Part shown: in pieces, positions 41,944 to 51,915 of the stretch | How positions within the stretch are numbered: position 1 is the stretch's first letter | Layout of the letters: the number at the start of each line of letters is the position of its first letter | Notes under the pieces: model-generated | Seen by the model: only the letters and a program-made list of their open reading frames with translations | What the model was told of the DNA's origin: nothing | The model's database searches: none | Translations under genes and position numbers: made by a program | NCBI GenBank assembly: GCA_965263035.1 | Contig: OZ253580.1 | Location: 5,504,001-5,568,000, forward strand | Source of the DNA: Acidobacteriota bacterium | GTDB taxonomy: Bacteria > Acidobacteriota > UBA6911 > RPQK01 > JAJDTT01 | DNA: 64,000 nucleotides | Direction of reading: 5' to 3'

Positions 41944-42130
41944 TCAGGCGTCTTTGGGCCGTGGCGCCAAGTCGAACAGTGCCCGGTCCTGGTCGCGCTC
42001 CAGGAACTCATCGAGGCCCTTCATGAACCGGGTCATGAACACCGGGTCGGCTTGGCTGACGCTGTCGATGTAGGACCCGAGCAGGATCAAGCGGCGGGTG
42101 CGGCGCTTGCGGTCGGCGGCGGTGACGCGC
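41944..42130 (-). pseudogene. mobC: 5'-truncated plasmid mobilisation accessory gene (IncQ MobC-like)
   Basis: Manual translation: RVTAADRKRRTRRLILLGSYID...LDEFLERDQDRALFDLAPRPKDA*; no start codon, overlapped by the methyltransferase 3' end. Confidence 0.6.
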
Positions 42131-42998
42131 CCAGGCGCTGAGCAATTATCAGCACGTGGTCATTGTCATGCGTGATGTGCGTCATGTCGCGGAACGCCTG
42201 CCGCACGCGCTGGCGGAAGGTGTCGATCGCCGCGCGGAGCGCATCTTCTGAATACAGCCGAAAGGTCGAATAATGATAGTGGGTGACTTGTTCGACGAGT
42301 CGAACCAAGGAGGAGGTGACCGGCCACGCAACCGTCTGCGCGCGCACCGACCTGAAGGCACCGGTGGCTTCCAGGGCGGCTCGCACATCGTTGACCTCAT
42401 GGAGTCTCGTTTCCCGCGTGGCAAACTCGGGAAAGTGGCGGCCCCAGATTGTGCGGCGGTTCTGCTCTGGGGTTCGCATATAGACGACGAGCTGGCCGGA
42501 GGGGGTGAGCACCCGAGACGCCTCGCCAGCAAACCGGGCGAGGTCGAAGTGGTGCACGGCATTGAAGCAGGTCATCACGTCACAGATGGAGGCCCGGAAC
42601 GGGAGCGTTTCGACGGCCCCGACCAGGTGCCGCGTACGCAGACCCGCGTGTCTGTTGCGGATGCGTGCTTGCCTGAGCATGGGCGGACTCAGATCCAGGC
42701 CGATGGAAACGACCTGCATGGCAAGAGCTGAGCCTAAGCAATGATTGACCGCGTCCAGGTACCGTCCCGAGCCCGTGGCGACGTCCACAAGCCGCACGGG
42801 TCTCCCTAAGTCCACGGCGCGAGCCACTACGTCGCTGATGATACGCACGGCCTCGAAATCCAGCTCGCGCAGCGTTCGATACCGTGCAGACACCTTGGCG
42901 AAGTGGTCGCTCAACCGCACCGTGCGACCGCGCGCTTCCCAGTCGTCCGGCCCAGGGGTAATCTCGACAGTCAATTCCGGAGTGCCTCCCGTGGCCAT
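42087..42998 (-). CDS. Class I SAM-dependent methyltransferase
   Basis: LVDVATGSG, GLDLSPPML, ETLPF, AVHHF, RVLTPSG. Confidence 0.8.
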   Translation of the reverse strand: MATGGTPELTVEITPGPDDWEARGRTVRLSDHFAKVSARYRTLRELDFEAVRIISDVVARAVDLGRPVRLVDVATGSGRYLDAVNHCLGSALAMQVVSIGLDLSPPMLRQARIRNRHAGLRTRHLVGAVETLPFRASICDVMTCFNAVHHFDLARFAGEASRVLTPSGQLVVYMRTPEQNRRTIWGRHFPEFATRETRLHEVNDVRAALEATGAFRSVRAQTVAWPVTSSLVRLVEQVTHYHYSTFRLYSEDALRAAIDTFRQRVRQAFRDMTHITHDNDHVLIIAQRLGASPPPTASAAPAA

Positions 42999-43257
42999 CA
43001 GTTTTCTACGTGGAACGCCGGACCCCACGGCGGGATCGATTCAGGGGGCTCGACGACAATGCACCCTCAAACTCTGCCGCTACTCCGGCAACCTGTCAAG
43101 CGCTACGGTGATAGGAACCTCCAACCCGCCTGGTGCGCGGAGGCGGCCCGGGCTGATTGGGGGAGGCCCTCTCCCCCATCAGACTCCAGATCCTCTTCCG
43201 CCAGCGGCGCAAAGCGGGGCGACCCCCGCAGAAATCAGAGGTCAGGGACGTGGGTCA

Positions 43258-43285
43258 GAGTACGATAAAGTATATTATACGTAGC
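43258..43285. other. dif-like tyrosine-recombinase core site
   Basis: GAGTACGATAA-AGTATA-TTATACGTAGC: 11-6-11 layout with inner ATAA/TTAT symmetry, ending 4 nt before the recombinase ATG. Confidence 0.55.
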
Positions 43286-43289
43286 TAAT

Positions 43290-44480
43290 ATGAGCGACAC
43301 CGACCTCGCCCTCAGAACCGACGATTCGCCTGCCGAAAAGGACCTCGAAGGGACCTTCCCGGCCATTCTCGTGAGGGCCGGCGCGAGCGCCTGCCTCGCC
43401 GCGGACGAGTTCTTCTCCGCGCGGATCTCCAACCCCCATACGCGAACCGCCTACGCCCACCAGGTGAGCCGGTTCCTCGCTTGGTGCGAGGACGAGGGGC
43501 TGGAGCTGCACCAGGTCACGCCAGGGTTGGCCGGCCGGTTCCTGGACGAGCTCCCCGGTGGTGCCCCCACCCGGAACCAGGCCCTGGCCGGACTGCGCCA
43601 CTTCTTCGATACCCTGGTGGCCCGGCACGCGGCGGTCCTCAATCCCTTTCAGTCGGTCCGGGGGGTGCGCCACCCGCACGGGGAGGGCCGGACGCCCGAG
43701 GTGACGGTCGACCAGGCCCGGCAGCTCCTCGCCTCCATCAAAACCCGCGACGTGTACGGGCTTCGGGACCGGGCGGTCCTCGGGACGCTCATCTACACCG
43801 GCGCCCGGGTCGGGGCCATCGCCCGGCTCCGGATGCAGGATCTTCGCGACAACGGCAAGTACCGGTCGCTGCAGTTTGCGGAAAAAGGAGGGAAGGCGCG
43901 GGAGATCCCGGTGCGCCACGATCTCGACGAGTGGATCGCGGCCTACCTCGAGGGGGCCGGGCTTGAGGACGCGCCCCAGGCCTCGCCGCTGTATCGGGCC
44001 GGGCAGCGCCGCGGCAGTCCGTTGACCGATCGGGCGATGTCGCCTCTCGCCATCCAGCTGATACTCAAGCGCCGGCTCAAGGCGGCCGGGTTGCCGAAGA
44101 TCCTCTCGCCCCACTCGTTCCGGGTCCTGGTGGTCACGGACCTGCTTTCCCAGAACGTGCCGCTTGAGTACGTTCAGTACCTGGCCGGTCACGCCCACCC
44201 CCGCACTACCCAGATCTACGACCGGCGCCGCCGCCGCGTCTCCCGCAATTTGGTGGAAGGGGACGGAGAAGGGGACAGTCACCTCGTCTCGCGTCAAGTG
44301 CCACCGGCTCTCGTCCCGGGAACACCCTACCGGACCGAACCTGATCCGCGGTTTGGAGAAGGATCCCGAGTCCTTGCTGGCGAACATCCTGGATCCCAAC
44401 CGTTTCATCGAACCCCAGTATCTGCAGTACGTGGCGACGGACCTCAAAGGGGGTCTCTACACCGGCCTGCTGCGGGATGA
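43290..44480 (+). CDS. Tyrosine recombinase; the native C-terminus appears replaced by read-through across a repeat junction at about 44260
   Basis: Catalytic set TGAR, EKGGK, HSFR, AGH, TTQIY; residues after RNLVE are encoded by the repeat and by an off-frame heme-gene copy. Confidence 0.88.
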   Translation: MSDTDLALRTDDSPAEKDLEGTFPAILVRAGASACLAADEFFSARISNPHTRTAYAHQVSRFLAWCEDEGLELHQVTPGLAGRFLDELPGGAPTRNQALAGLRHFFDTLVARHAAVLNPFQSVRGVRHPHGEGRTPEVTVDQARQLLASIKTRDVYGLRDRAVLGTLIYTGARVGAIARLRMQDLRDNGKYRSLQFAEKGGKAREIPVRHDLDEWIAAYLEGAGLEDAPQASPLYRAGQRRGSPLTDRAMSPLAIQLILKRRLKAAGLPKILSPHSFRVLVVTDLLSQNVPLEYVQYLAGHAHPRTTQIYDRRRRRVSRNLVEGDGEGDSHLVSRQVPPALVPGTPYRTEPDPRFGEGSRVLAGEHPGSQPFHRTPVSAVRGDGPQRGSLHRPAAG

Positions 44481-44766
44481 AACGGCCACCAGCGTCACCC
44501 TGGTGGAGGGCGACGACCTGCGGAACACCCTGTTGCGGGAGAACATCCGCGAGATCCGGGCGACGACCAACTCCCTCATGCCCGAGGGCCTGGAAGAGAA
44601 CATCGACCACCAGGAGATGGCCGATCTGATCTCCTTCATCCTCAAGTATCAGTACGAGGTCGGCACCGAGAGCGCCGGCATCGGCTACGGGGAGGAAGTC
44701 TACGAGGAGATGATGCTTCACCCGTCGCTGAGGCCGGAGAGTCCGAAACCGCAAAAGGGGAATTAG
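44291..44766 (+). pseudogene. Near-identical duplicate of the last 476 bp of the PVC heme-protein gene (32283-32758)
   Basis: Direct comparison shows about a dozen substitutions; begins right after the first family A repeat. Confidence 0.92.
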
Positions 44767-45132
44767 CTGGCTTCAGGTAGGACGAGCGACGCGCAATAGC
44801 GTGCGATAATGCGCAGAATAGGATCATCTGAAGACAGTTAAACGACCCTATTTTCCGCTCTGCGGCGGCGCCGTACGCCGGCGTTTCTGGTCCGCACGGG
44901 AAAGCGGGATCCCGAGCTCGAGCTCTGGACTTGGTCCATACCGGCCGACATCTACAGCCGTGGTCCACGTCGAGGACTTGGTCCACAGGGAAGCCCGGAT
45001 CCGGAACTCGAGGCCCTGGATCCCGAGCGAACGGCCGCGGCGCCGTATGCCGGTGCCTCCAGCTGCTCACGGGCCGGGGCCGACCATACCTGATCCTTGT
45101 ACGGAGAAGGGGACAGTCACTTCCTTTCGTCA

Positions 45133-45951
45133 TTATCCGGTATCTTCTCCATCCGAACCTGGGGGCGGCGACTCAATGGCCGATGATCTCACACGCGCTC
45201 TGACCGACGACCGATGCACAACCGTTTTCACGACCTGGGCGAACCACGGCGCGGCATGCGGCGGCACCACGACCTCTTTCACCAGGATGTCCAGATTCAC
45301 AGAAATGTATCGACCTCGCTGAACCGCAACGTCGGGATCGAGGCGAATGTCCCCGTCCTCCGAAGGCGGGCAGGGCAGAACTGCACGCACCTCGCCCTCT
45401 CCGCGGTACTCGATCCGCTTATGGAAGAGCGGGGCCCATCCGAACCTCGACACTTCCTGTTGGCGGTAATCGATGTACTTTACCTGCCCGAAGGTGATTG
45501 GCAGTTCGGGAACCGAGCAAATTGACTCTTGCAAAGCCTGGTAGGTGGTACGGACCGCTACTCCTTCCGTGCCGGCGTAGGCTTCCCACATGAGGCTGGA
45601 TTCGTGGCCGGACTCCGTCCAGCAACTTATCAAGGCGGCCCGCGCCATCTTGTGCAGAGTGTCGCGAACGAGGTCTTCCGCTTCCCGCAGAGGATCTCCA
45701 GACTTGGGAGTTAGCGGCGGATAGATAAATCCCTCGTACCTGTCCGCCATTTCGCCGACCAAGGAGAAAAACAGCGCCCTGCGTTCCAGCAGGGAGGAGA
45801 ACTTTGCGAAGCTCATGTAACGCCAGAGCGTGGCGGTTGCATCTGGTTCCGACGGCTCCCACGGAGTCTCCCAAGCGGAATCGCCACTTGAAAACAACCG
45901 TTGCTCGCCCAACGCCGCTCCGATTAGCGGCTTTCCATATTCATGAGTCAT
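45133..45951 (-). CDS. DUF2971-like hypothetical protein
   Basis: LWRYMS, ISCW, ESSLMWEAYA, VKYID, FHKR..Y..E.EVR; fills the interval between two family A repeats almost exactly. Confidence 0.65.
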   Translation of the reverse strand: MTHEYGKPLIGAALGEQRLFSSGDSAWETPWEPSEPDATATLWRYMSFAKFSSLLERRALFFSLVGEMADRYEGFIYPPLTPKSGDPLREAEDLVRDTLHKMARAALISCWTESGHESSLMWEAYAGTEGVAVRTTYQALQESICSVPELPITFGQVKYIDYRQQEVSRFGWAPLFHKRIEYRGEGEVRAVLPCPPSEDGDIRLDPDVAVQRGRYISVNLDILVKEVVVPPHAAPWFAQVVKTVVHRSSVRARVRSSAIESPPPGSDGEDTG

Positions 45952-46534
45952 TGCCAGCAGCCTGCTCTAAAACGCGGGAGAAGGGGACAGTCACCACCTC
46001 TCATTCTACAAAGGGACACCTTCAAGACCATCGAAGCCGTCCTGGGACCGCATCGTCCTCATCGTCCGAGCGGCCGCGTGCTGTTCAGAGTTCGCGGCGC
46101 AACCGGCACAGCTTACTCTGGCCAGTGCTTCTTCCGCTATTCGAATAATGACGACAGTCTCCTCGCGAGAAGGGGACAGTCACCTCGTCTCGCCGGTCAC
46201 TTTTGCGACGCAGGATTCCAGGCCCGTCGGCGCGGGAGAAGGGGACGGTCACCTCGTCTCGCCGCGCGAGTTCTCAAGGGACGGACAAGGGGACAGTCAC
46301 CTCCTCTCGCACCGCACCATGCGTACGGCTGCCCATTTCCCGATACATACGATGAACTACAGAACCACTTCAAGAGTGCCTTTGATCTCTTGGAGGGTCA
46401 GGCCTGTCTATTTCATGGCGTCTGCAGGAAACTGACAGGTGGAATCAACGGCAACGGCATTATTACGTTTCGTGTGTTTCTGGTCCTTATCAGTCAATCA
46501 TGGGAAAATCGGTGCGCTGGTACTGAAAGAATTA

Positions 46535-47356
46535 ATGAGTGTCGAACATTATTGCGTCGCGGCTACGGTGCTTGGGGCTGCTGTTGCCATAGTGGGCCTT
46601 GGCACTACGCTTAGGCTAGTGCAGGGGATTGTGGACCGGGAATGGAGAAGACTCCGATACAAGGTAGACCAAATTGTCGCGGAGATGGACTCTGCTGATT
46701 CTCCAAAGCCATCCCATCAGATGTGTCAGTTTTTGGTGGTCGGGGAAGATCGTCGGTTCCATCATCATCCAGGTGTGGATCCAATAGCGCTGGGCAGAGC
46801 CGTTTGGAAGACGTTCTATTGCGGCCAACGCCAGGGAGCGTCAACTATTGCGATGCAATTCGTGCGCACTTTAACTGGGCGCTACGAATGCACCTATCGG
46901 CGCAAGTTGCTTGAAATGATTCTTGCAGTTCGGGTGACCCACCACATTGGCCGCGCTCGGCTGCCGGCTCTCTATCTCTGGATCGCATATTACGGGTGGC
47001 AGATGAGAGGTTTCAGGCAGGCTTGTCTACGAGTTCGTATCGACCCACATACCTCCGGCGCAGCCGAATCGGCACTGCTTGTTGCTCGACTCAAGTACCC
47101 GGAAACACGGAGCGTGAGCCGCAAACAAGAGCGAAGAATTCAACGTCGGGCGGACCACCTAACGTCGTTTCGAACTTCCAGTAAAAACAATAGACTTTGG
47201 AGCCAATTAGCATTCTGGATCAATGTCACGTGTTGGAATTGGCAGGCTGAGGTCGAGAGTAGACACGGACAACGATCATCTAATTATGGCCTTCGCGGGA
47301 TGTTCGTAACAGATTCCAAAAGTACCGGCCAGTCTACGATTCCATCTGGTCTTTGA
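46535..47356 (+). CDS. Stand-alone GT51 transglycosylase-domain protein
   Basis: EDRRFHHHPGVD, GASTIAMQ, RKLLE, LYL..AYYG motifs after one TM helix; low GC; start uncertain. Confidence 0.7.
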   Translation: MSVEHYCVAATVLGAAVAIVGLGTTLRLVQGIVDREWRRLRYKVDQIVAEMDSADSPKPSHQMCQFLVVGEDRRFHHHPGVDPIALGRAVWKTFYCGQRQGASTIAMQFVRTLTGRYECTYRRKLLEMILAVRVTHHIGRARLPALYLWIAYYGWQMRGFRQACLRVRIDPHTSGAAESALLVARLKYPETRSVSRKQERRIQRRADHLTSFRTSSKNNRLWSQLAFWINVTCWNWQAEVESRHGQRSSNYGLRGMFVTDSKSTGQSTIPSGL

Positions 47357-47371
47357 TGAGCGTATTTCTCG

Positions 47372-48442
47372 GTGGGAATTCGAAGGGAATCGGGGTCTTT
47401 ATTTGAAGATTTCGAGCCCCCATATGCAGCCACTTGGATTACGGAGAACCCGGGCGGTTCTGCGGGGCAAATACGTAGACTAATGGCCGTAGAAATGCAG
47501 GGCAAATTCATTCCAAACACCTATCAAATTCTCGTGATGATTCTAGCGTTTGCGTTCTGCGGGCTGGTGTGGGCAGGAGACCACTATCAAAGTCTTGCAC
47601 CGAGTCCCGTCAATTACGAGGACTTCTCTCTATCCGATTTGGGGTCCCAACGAACAGTTATCGTCCGAACTCTAACAGGCGGAATCGGAGTCCTGGCCTT
47701 AAAGGTCGGATGGGGTGGCAGGGAGTCGCCCACTTTTCTCGTTGAAACGCTTGCAAGCCAGGATCGAGCGGGTAAGAGCGACCCGACGAATACGGAAACA
47801 TGGTATCTCAAGCTTTGCAATCAGATCCGCGAGGCGCTCATTGCAGCGACTGTCGAGGCTCTTGTTACAGTTATCATATTCGGCCTCGGCGGATTCATAT
47901 TCTTCAAGTACGTTGTTCGACCGCCCGATCTATCTGGGTGTTGGAAATTCACTGTGGAATACGAAAACACCGCCTACTCCAAGTTCAGCGGTCTACAGGT
48001 TACATACCAGGTCTTACTGATTCAGCAGGGCCTCAAACTATCTGGTACGGGCGAGAAACTATCTGATCGCGGACCAATACAGGATGCTAAAGACTACGTT
48101 GGTAAATACCGAACGAAGATCCAAATCGTTGGCAACGTCACACACAATTATTTCTCGCGTGATGTCGTCGCGCTTCATTACGATGAGGGCGGTGAGCGTC
48201 GCAAGAGTTCGACTGTGCACCGGCTCGTGGAATGCGGTGGGGGAAGAATGAGTGGTTGTTTTTGGTCCACGATCGCCAACACCTCGGGCCCAGTCTGGTG
48301 GGAACGTTGTGCCTCTAACATCGACTATGAGCCCGTGACGCCTCCTGGACGTTTGATGGTGGCTTCCACGATTTCGGACCGTGCAAGGAACAACTTGATG
48401 GTGAAGGCACGAAGGTGCCTTCACCCACCCAATGGCGACTGA
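47372..48442 (+). CDS. Hypothetical membrane protein with TM plus beta-strand-rich C-terminal domain (Cap15/S-2TM-beta-like)
   Basis: TM helix followed by PDLSGCW and about 8 predicted beta strands; low GC; start uncertain. Confidence 0.4.
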   Translation: MGIRRESGSLFEDFEPPYAATWITENPGGSAGQIRRLMAVEMQGKFIPNTYQILVMILAFAFCGLVWAGDHYQSLAPSPVNYEDFSLSDLGSQRTVIVRTLTGGIGVLALKVGWGGRESPTFLVETLASQDRAGKSDPTNTETWYLKLCNQIREALIAATVEALVTVIIFGLGGFIFFKYVVRPPDLSGCWKFTVEYENTAYSKFSGLQVTYQVLLIQQGLKLSGTGEKLSDRGPIQDAKDYVGKYRTKIQIVGNVTHNYFSRDVVALHYDEGGERRKSSTVHRLVECGGGRMSGCFWSTIANTSGPVWWERCASNIDYEPVTPPGRLMVASTISDRARNNLMVKARRCLHPPNGD

Positions 48443-48581
48443 ACGCGTGAGATTAGAGGGGGACGGCGGGAGAACGGGCCAGTCTCCTCCTCTTGTCCTT
48501 GCGGCTTTCCGGATGAGAACCAAGTAAAGGTCCGATACCGGCCGCGCGAGTTCCCAACGCCGCCGGGCTCTCCTGGATCGG

Positions 48582-49811
48582 CTAACTGACCGGTCCAAAA
48601 TCGGGAATCTTCAGCCAGTCTCCACCCTTCAGCGCCGAGTGGAATCCGACGATTCCGGGCGCAGTATAGGACAGGGCTTGATGGACATCGACCGACGGGG
48701 CGCGTTGCTCCAGACATGCCGAAACGAACTCATGAATGATAAAGGGATGGGAACCCCCGTGCCCTCCAACGTTCCTCAGTGACGGCGGCAGTCCTGCGGA
48801 GTGGTCCGCCTGCAACAGTTCAGGTTCTGAATGAGGACGGGTCACGTAAGCGGAAGGGCACAGACCCTTCCACCTCTCGAACAACGACATTTCGGTCCCA
48901 AAATAATCCGCTCCTTCACGGCCGGGAGCGGCGGTCCACCAGTGGATGTTGATTCGGGAGGAGTTTCCACCCGACGTTTTGAAGAAGAAGGTCGTGTTCA
49001 AAAACGGGTTGCCGTACTCGTTCTCCTTGAAGAACGGGTGATCCAGCGGCGTTCCGACCGCCGCGACCTCAACCAGGCTCTCGCCGGTCACATGAACGAT
49101 CGGACCGCTGGCATGGGTGATATAGAGGCCTTGAGCGTTGCCATACCGCCATGTCGGCTTACCCTCGTGAAAGAACATCCGCTCCAGATACTCCGGCATC
49201 TCTCCCTTCGCCAAGTAGGTACCGTGGTCATGGATGTAATCCCCCTGAGTGTAGTAGATCCTCCCGAACTCTCCTTCTTCCCTCAGTCTGCGGGCAGTCA
49301 TGGTGGATGGGTGAAAGCAGCTGGTTTCGGCCATCATGTAGATCTGGCCGGTCTTTTTGACGGACTCCAGAAGCTGCTGGCACTGTTCCAAGGTTGTGGC
49401 GGCCGGAACCGCACTGATGGCGTGCCGACCGGATTCCATGACCTCCACGCAGTGCGGAACGTGATGGGGCGCCCCGGTGAAGATGGCGACCGCATCCACT
49501 GAGGGGTTCTTGAGCATGGCACGGAAATCGGCATAGGCGTTAGAGCACTCGAACCGCTCTTCCAGCCTTTTCCGGCGGTCCTCCCTGAGGTCAGCGACCG
49601 CGGTCACCTTGCAGTTGGGATGCCGCTGCCAGGGAAACGCGGCGCCGAATCCGCCGCCTACCACGCCGATCCGCAACTGTTTGCCAGCCTCGAGCGGGCG
49701 GTACCCTTTTCCGAGTAGCGAAGCGGTCAATGCGGTCGTACCGGCTGCCTTCGCACCCTGGAAAAACACTCGGCGGCTTATGGATTGGGATCGCGCCTCC
49801 GATCTCACCAT
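48582..49811 (-). CDS. Gfo/Idh/MocA oxidoreductase, Tat-exported
   Basis: SRRVFF, IGVVGGGFG, SAVPAA, YMMAET, GGHGGSH. Confidence 0.85.
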   Translation of the reverse strand: MVRSEARSQSISRRVFFQGAKAAGTTALTASLLGKGYRPLEAGKQLRIGVVGGGFGAAFPWQRHPNCKVTAVADLREDRRKRLEERFECSNAYADFRAMLKNPSVDAVAIFTGAPHHVPHCVEVMESGRHAISAVPAATTLEQCQQLLESVKKTGQIYMMAETSCFHPSTMTARRLREEGEFGRIYYTQGDYIHDHGTYLAKGEMPEYLERMFFHEGKPTWRYGNAQGLYITHASGPIVHVTGESLVEVAAVGTPLDHPFFKENEYGNPFLNTTFFFKTSGGNSSRINIHWWTAAPGREGADYFGTEMSLFERWKGLCPSAYVTRPHSEPELLQADHSAGLPPSLRNVGGHGGSHPFIIHEFVSACLEQRAPSVDVHQALSYTAPGIVGFHSALKGGDWLKIPDFGPVS

Positions 49812-50074
49812 GATGGGCGTCCTTTCTGGGGGCTGGAATTTGGGTGAATCCTAGAGGACACCGAATCGGGCGGTCAAGGCAGCGTAGCGTGGGCTCGGCT
49901 ACGGAAACGGCGCTTGGAGGGAAGGAAACCAGAGAAGGGGACAGTCACCGTCTCTGGTGCCCCACGCGGTCGGGCTCGCTTCGTCGGCGACGCAAGCCTT
50001 TAGCTCGGGGGCGCCAGCGATCAGTTCCGCGAAGCACTGGCACGCTCTGAGAGAAGGAAGAAAAGTCGAACCGA

Positions 50075-51031
50075 TCAGATCAGCATCTTTCTAAGCCGTC
50101 GGAGCTTCAGCTTCACCCCAACCTTCTCGTCAACATCGAGGGCATTCTCGTACTGCTCGATCGCTTGGTGGAGATCTCCCGCCTGTTCATGAATTTCTCC
50201 CGACAACCGAAGGGCCTTGGCGATGATGCGGTCATCGTCTTGGACGTCCTGCTTGTCAAATGCCTTCTTAACTAGGGCTAGGAATTTCTCTGCATTTCCA
50301 CTAGAAATATCGTCAGAGTAGGCTGCAAGTTTTTCTCTGCAAACATCAAGGATATCCTGACCTGATCCGTAGCGGATTCGGCTCTGATCCCAATTATCGG
50401 AGTCCTCGAACCGTCCATCCTCATACGAGTATTCGAACGTCCCAAATTGCTCATAGACAAGGCCGAGCTTCCGGTCCATGTCGTCGAACCAATAGGACTC
50501 GGCCCAGCCGGTTTCCGGCTTCTTTTTCCAACGAATCTCGCCGGTGGTGAGGTCGAGAAATACCAATGCTCCCCCATCTTCTTTGGAGGGCGCATTCGCA
50601 AGCTGTACGACGGCGTACTTGCCGCTGTCACTGATGCCTGTACTGATCGCATTGGCTCGAAACTCATGCTTTAGGATTTGGTCTCCGTCAGAGGAGAATC
50701 CGTAAACTCGGCTCTTGAGGGCGTTGCCGAAACACCAGTCTGTCAGGATAATGGTTCCGTTTCTTGCCACCTTTCCATCGTTCGGGCGTTCAAGCTTCCC
50801 TGAGCACAACTTCGAATTCCCACGCTTCAGGACATACGCTCCATGCGGATCGTCGCCGTCGCTAAAGAATTGAGACCACGTCAGCCGGTATGTTCCGTCC
50901 GTTGATTCGGCATATGGTCCGACGCTCTCAATGAAATCCAGGTCGATAACTTTGGGCTTGATTCCGGTTGGCTTCGGCTTGGATCCTTGCGGAGATCGGA
51001 GAGCTCTCAGGACGGCATTGATGAAACTCAT
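50075..51031 (-). CDS. Hypothetical protein (beta-propeller-like N-part, TPR-like C-terminus)
   Basis: ATG 51031 with GGAG RBS; GEIHEQAGDLHQAIEQYENAL..D TPR-like helix pair; lower GC. Confidence 0.6.
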   Translation of the reverse strand: MSFINAVLRALRSPQGSKPKPTGIKPKVIDLDFIESVGPYAESTDGTYRLTWSQFFSDGDDPHGAYVLKRGNSKLCSGKLERPNDGKVARNGTIILTDWCFGNALKSRVYGFSSDGDQILKHEFRANAISTGISDSGKYAVVQLANAPSKEDGGALVFLDLTTGEIRWKKKPETGWAESYWFDDMDRKLGLVYEQFGTFEYSYEDGRFEDSDNWDQSRIRYGSGQDILDVCREKLAAYSDDISSGNAEKFLALVKKAFDKQDVQDDDRIIAKALRLSGEIHEQAGDLHQAIEQYENALDVDEKVGVKLKLRRLRKMLI

Positions 51032-51298
51032 AGGAATCTCCTTTGGCTCATAATGACCTTCAGCGTGCGGGGCGCGGACGTCCAAACTGACCAAGTGGAG
51101 TTCCCTGCGGCCGCCGCGGACCGCCAGCAGCCAGTGTATCAGGGGAAACGATAGGGGAAAGTCACCTTCTCTCGCCGGCGGCGCGGGGCGGTCCCAGGGA
51201 GAAGGGGATAGTGCGCCAGGTTCGCGAGCCGTGCGGGGGGAAACGGAGAAGGGGACAGTCACTTCCTCTCGGTCACCTCCTCTCGCGGGCCTGTTACG

Positions 51299-51414
51299 GG
51301 GTCTGGAAGAGAACAGCGACCGCCAGGAAATGGCCGACCTGATCACCTTCATCCTCAAGTATCAAACCGAGGTCGGCACGTAGAGCGGCGGCATCGGCTA
51401 TGGGGAGGACGTCT
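51299..51414 (+). pseudogene. Degenerate third copy of the heme-protein gene 3' region
   Basis: GLEENSDRQEMADLITFILKYQTEVGT then frame loss; follows a family A repeat. Confidence 0.8.
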
Positions 51415-51430
51415 CTTTAGTTGAGTCTCG

Positions 51431-51853
51431 TCACTGCGGGACGGGAACCACCGGCAAAGTCGTGAAGATTCGGCTTCCGGCATCCAACTCCAGGGCGATC
51501 CCGGCGAACCGTTCCCCTTCAGGAGCGGTGCAACGAACCGATCCGACGAAGTCGGACGTATCGGTCTGGGTGAACAACTCGTGGATAAACTTGGCCGTCT
51601 GGCCGTTGCCGGCCAGTGGAATGTCCTTCGTCTCCAATTCCGCGCCTGCTTTCATCAATTGGCAACTCACGTCGATCGGATTCTCTCCCAGGTTCCGGAT
51701 CGCGGCTCCCGTGTTGATTCCGCCCTCTTGGCGGCGGGCCGGGAAAATGACGTCGTTTGCGGGCGCACTGACCCCCACGCCGGCCACGCCCAGGGACGGG
51801 GCATCGAACCGCAGGACCCCGCCGATGCGGGCTGCGCCGCCCGCGTCCTCCCG
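51431..51853 (-). pseudogene. 5'-truncated copy of the surface-protein C-terminal domain
   Basis: Near-identical to 53364-53768; similarity stops at the edge of the repeat at about 51854. Confidence 0.8.
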
Positions 51854-51887
51854 AGAGAGAAAGGGACAGTCACCTCCTTGCGCCTCT

Positions 51888-51908
51888 TGTTATCATAATC
51901 TGATAACA
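51888..51908. promoter_or_regulatory. Putative operator of the TA operon
   Basis: Perfect inverted repeat TGTTATCA-TAATC-TGATAACA ending 7 nt before the ATG. Confidence 0.65.
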
Positions 51909-51915
51909 TCAATCG

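Noticed and set aside
32283-44766. Diversity-generating retroelement (RT plus TR/VR pair from the heme-gene duplicates)
   Set aside because: The RT lies inside a group II intron with domain V, and differences between the copies involve T and G as well as A, so they are not adenine-specific
45978-46310. Four closely spaced family A repeats as a CRISPR array
   Set aside because: Spacing is irregular (about 190, 70 and 50 bp), the repeats vary, there are no cas genes, and the same motif recurs at kb spacing
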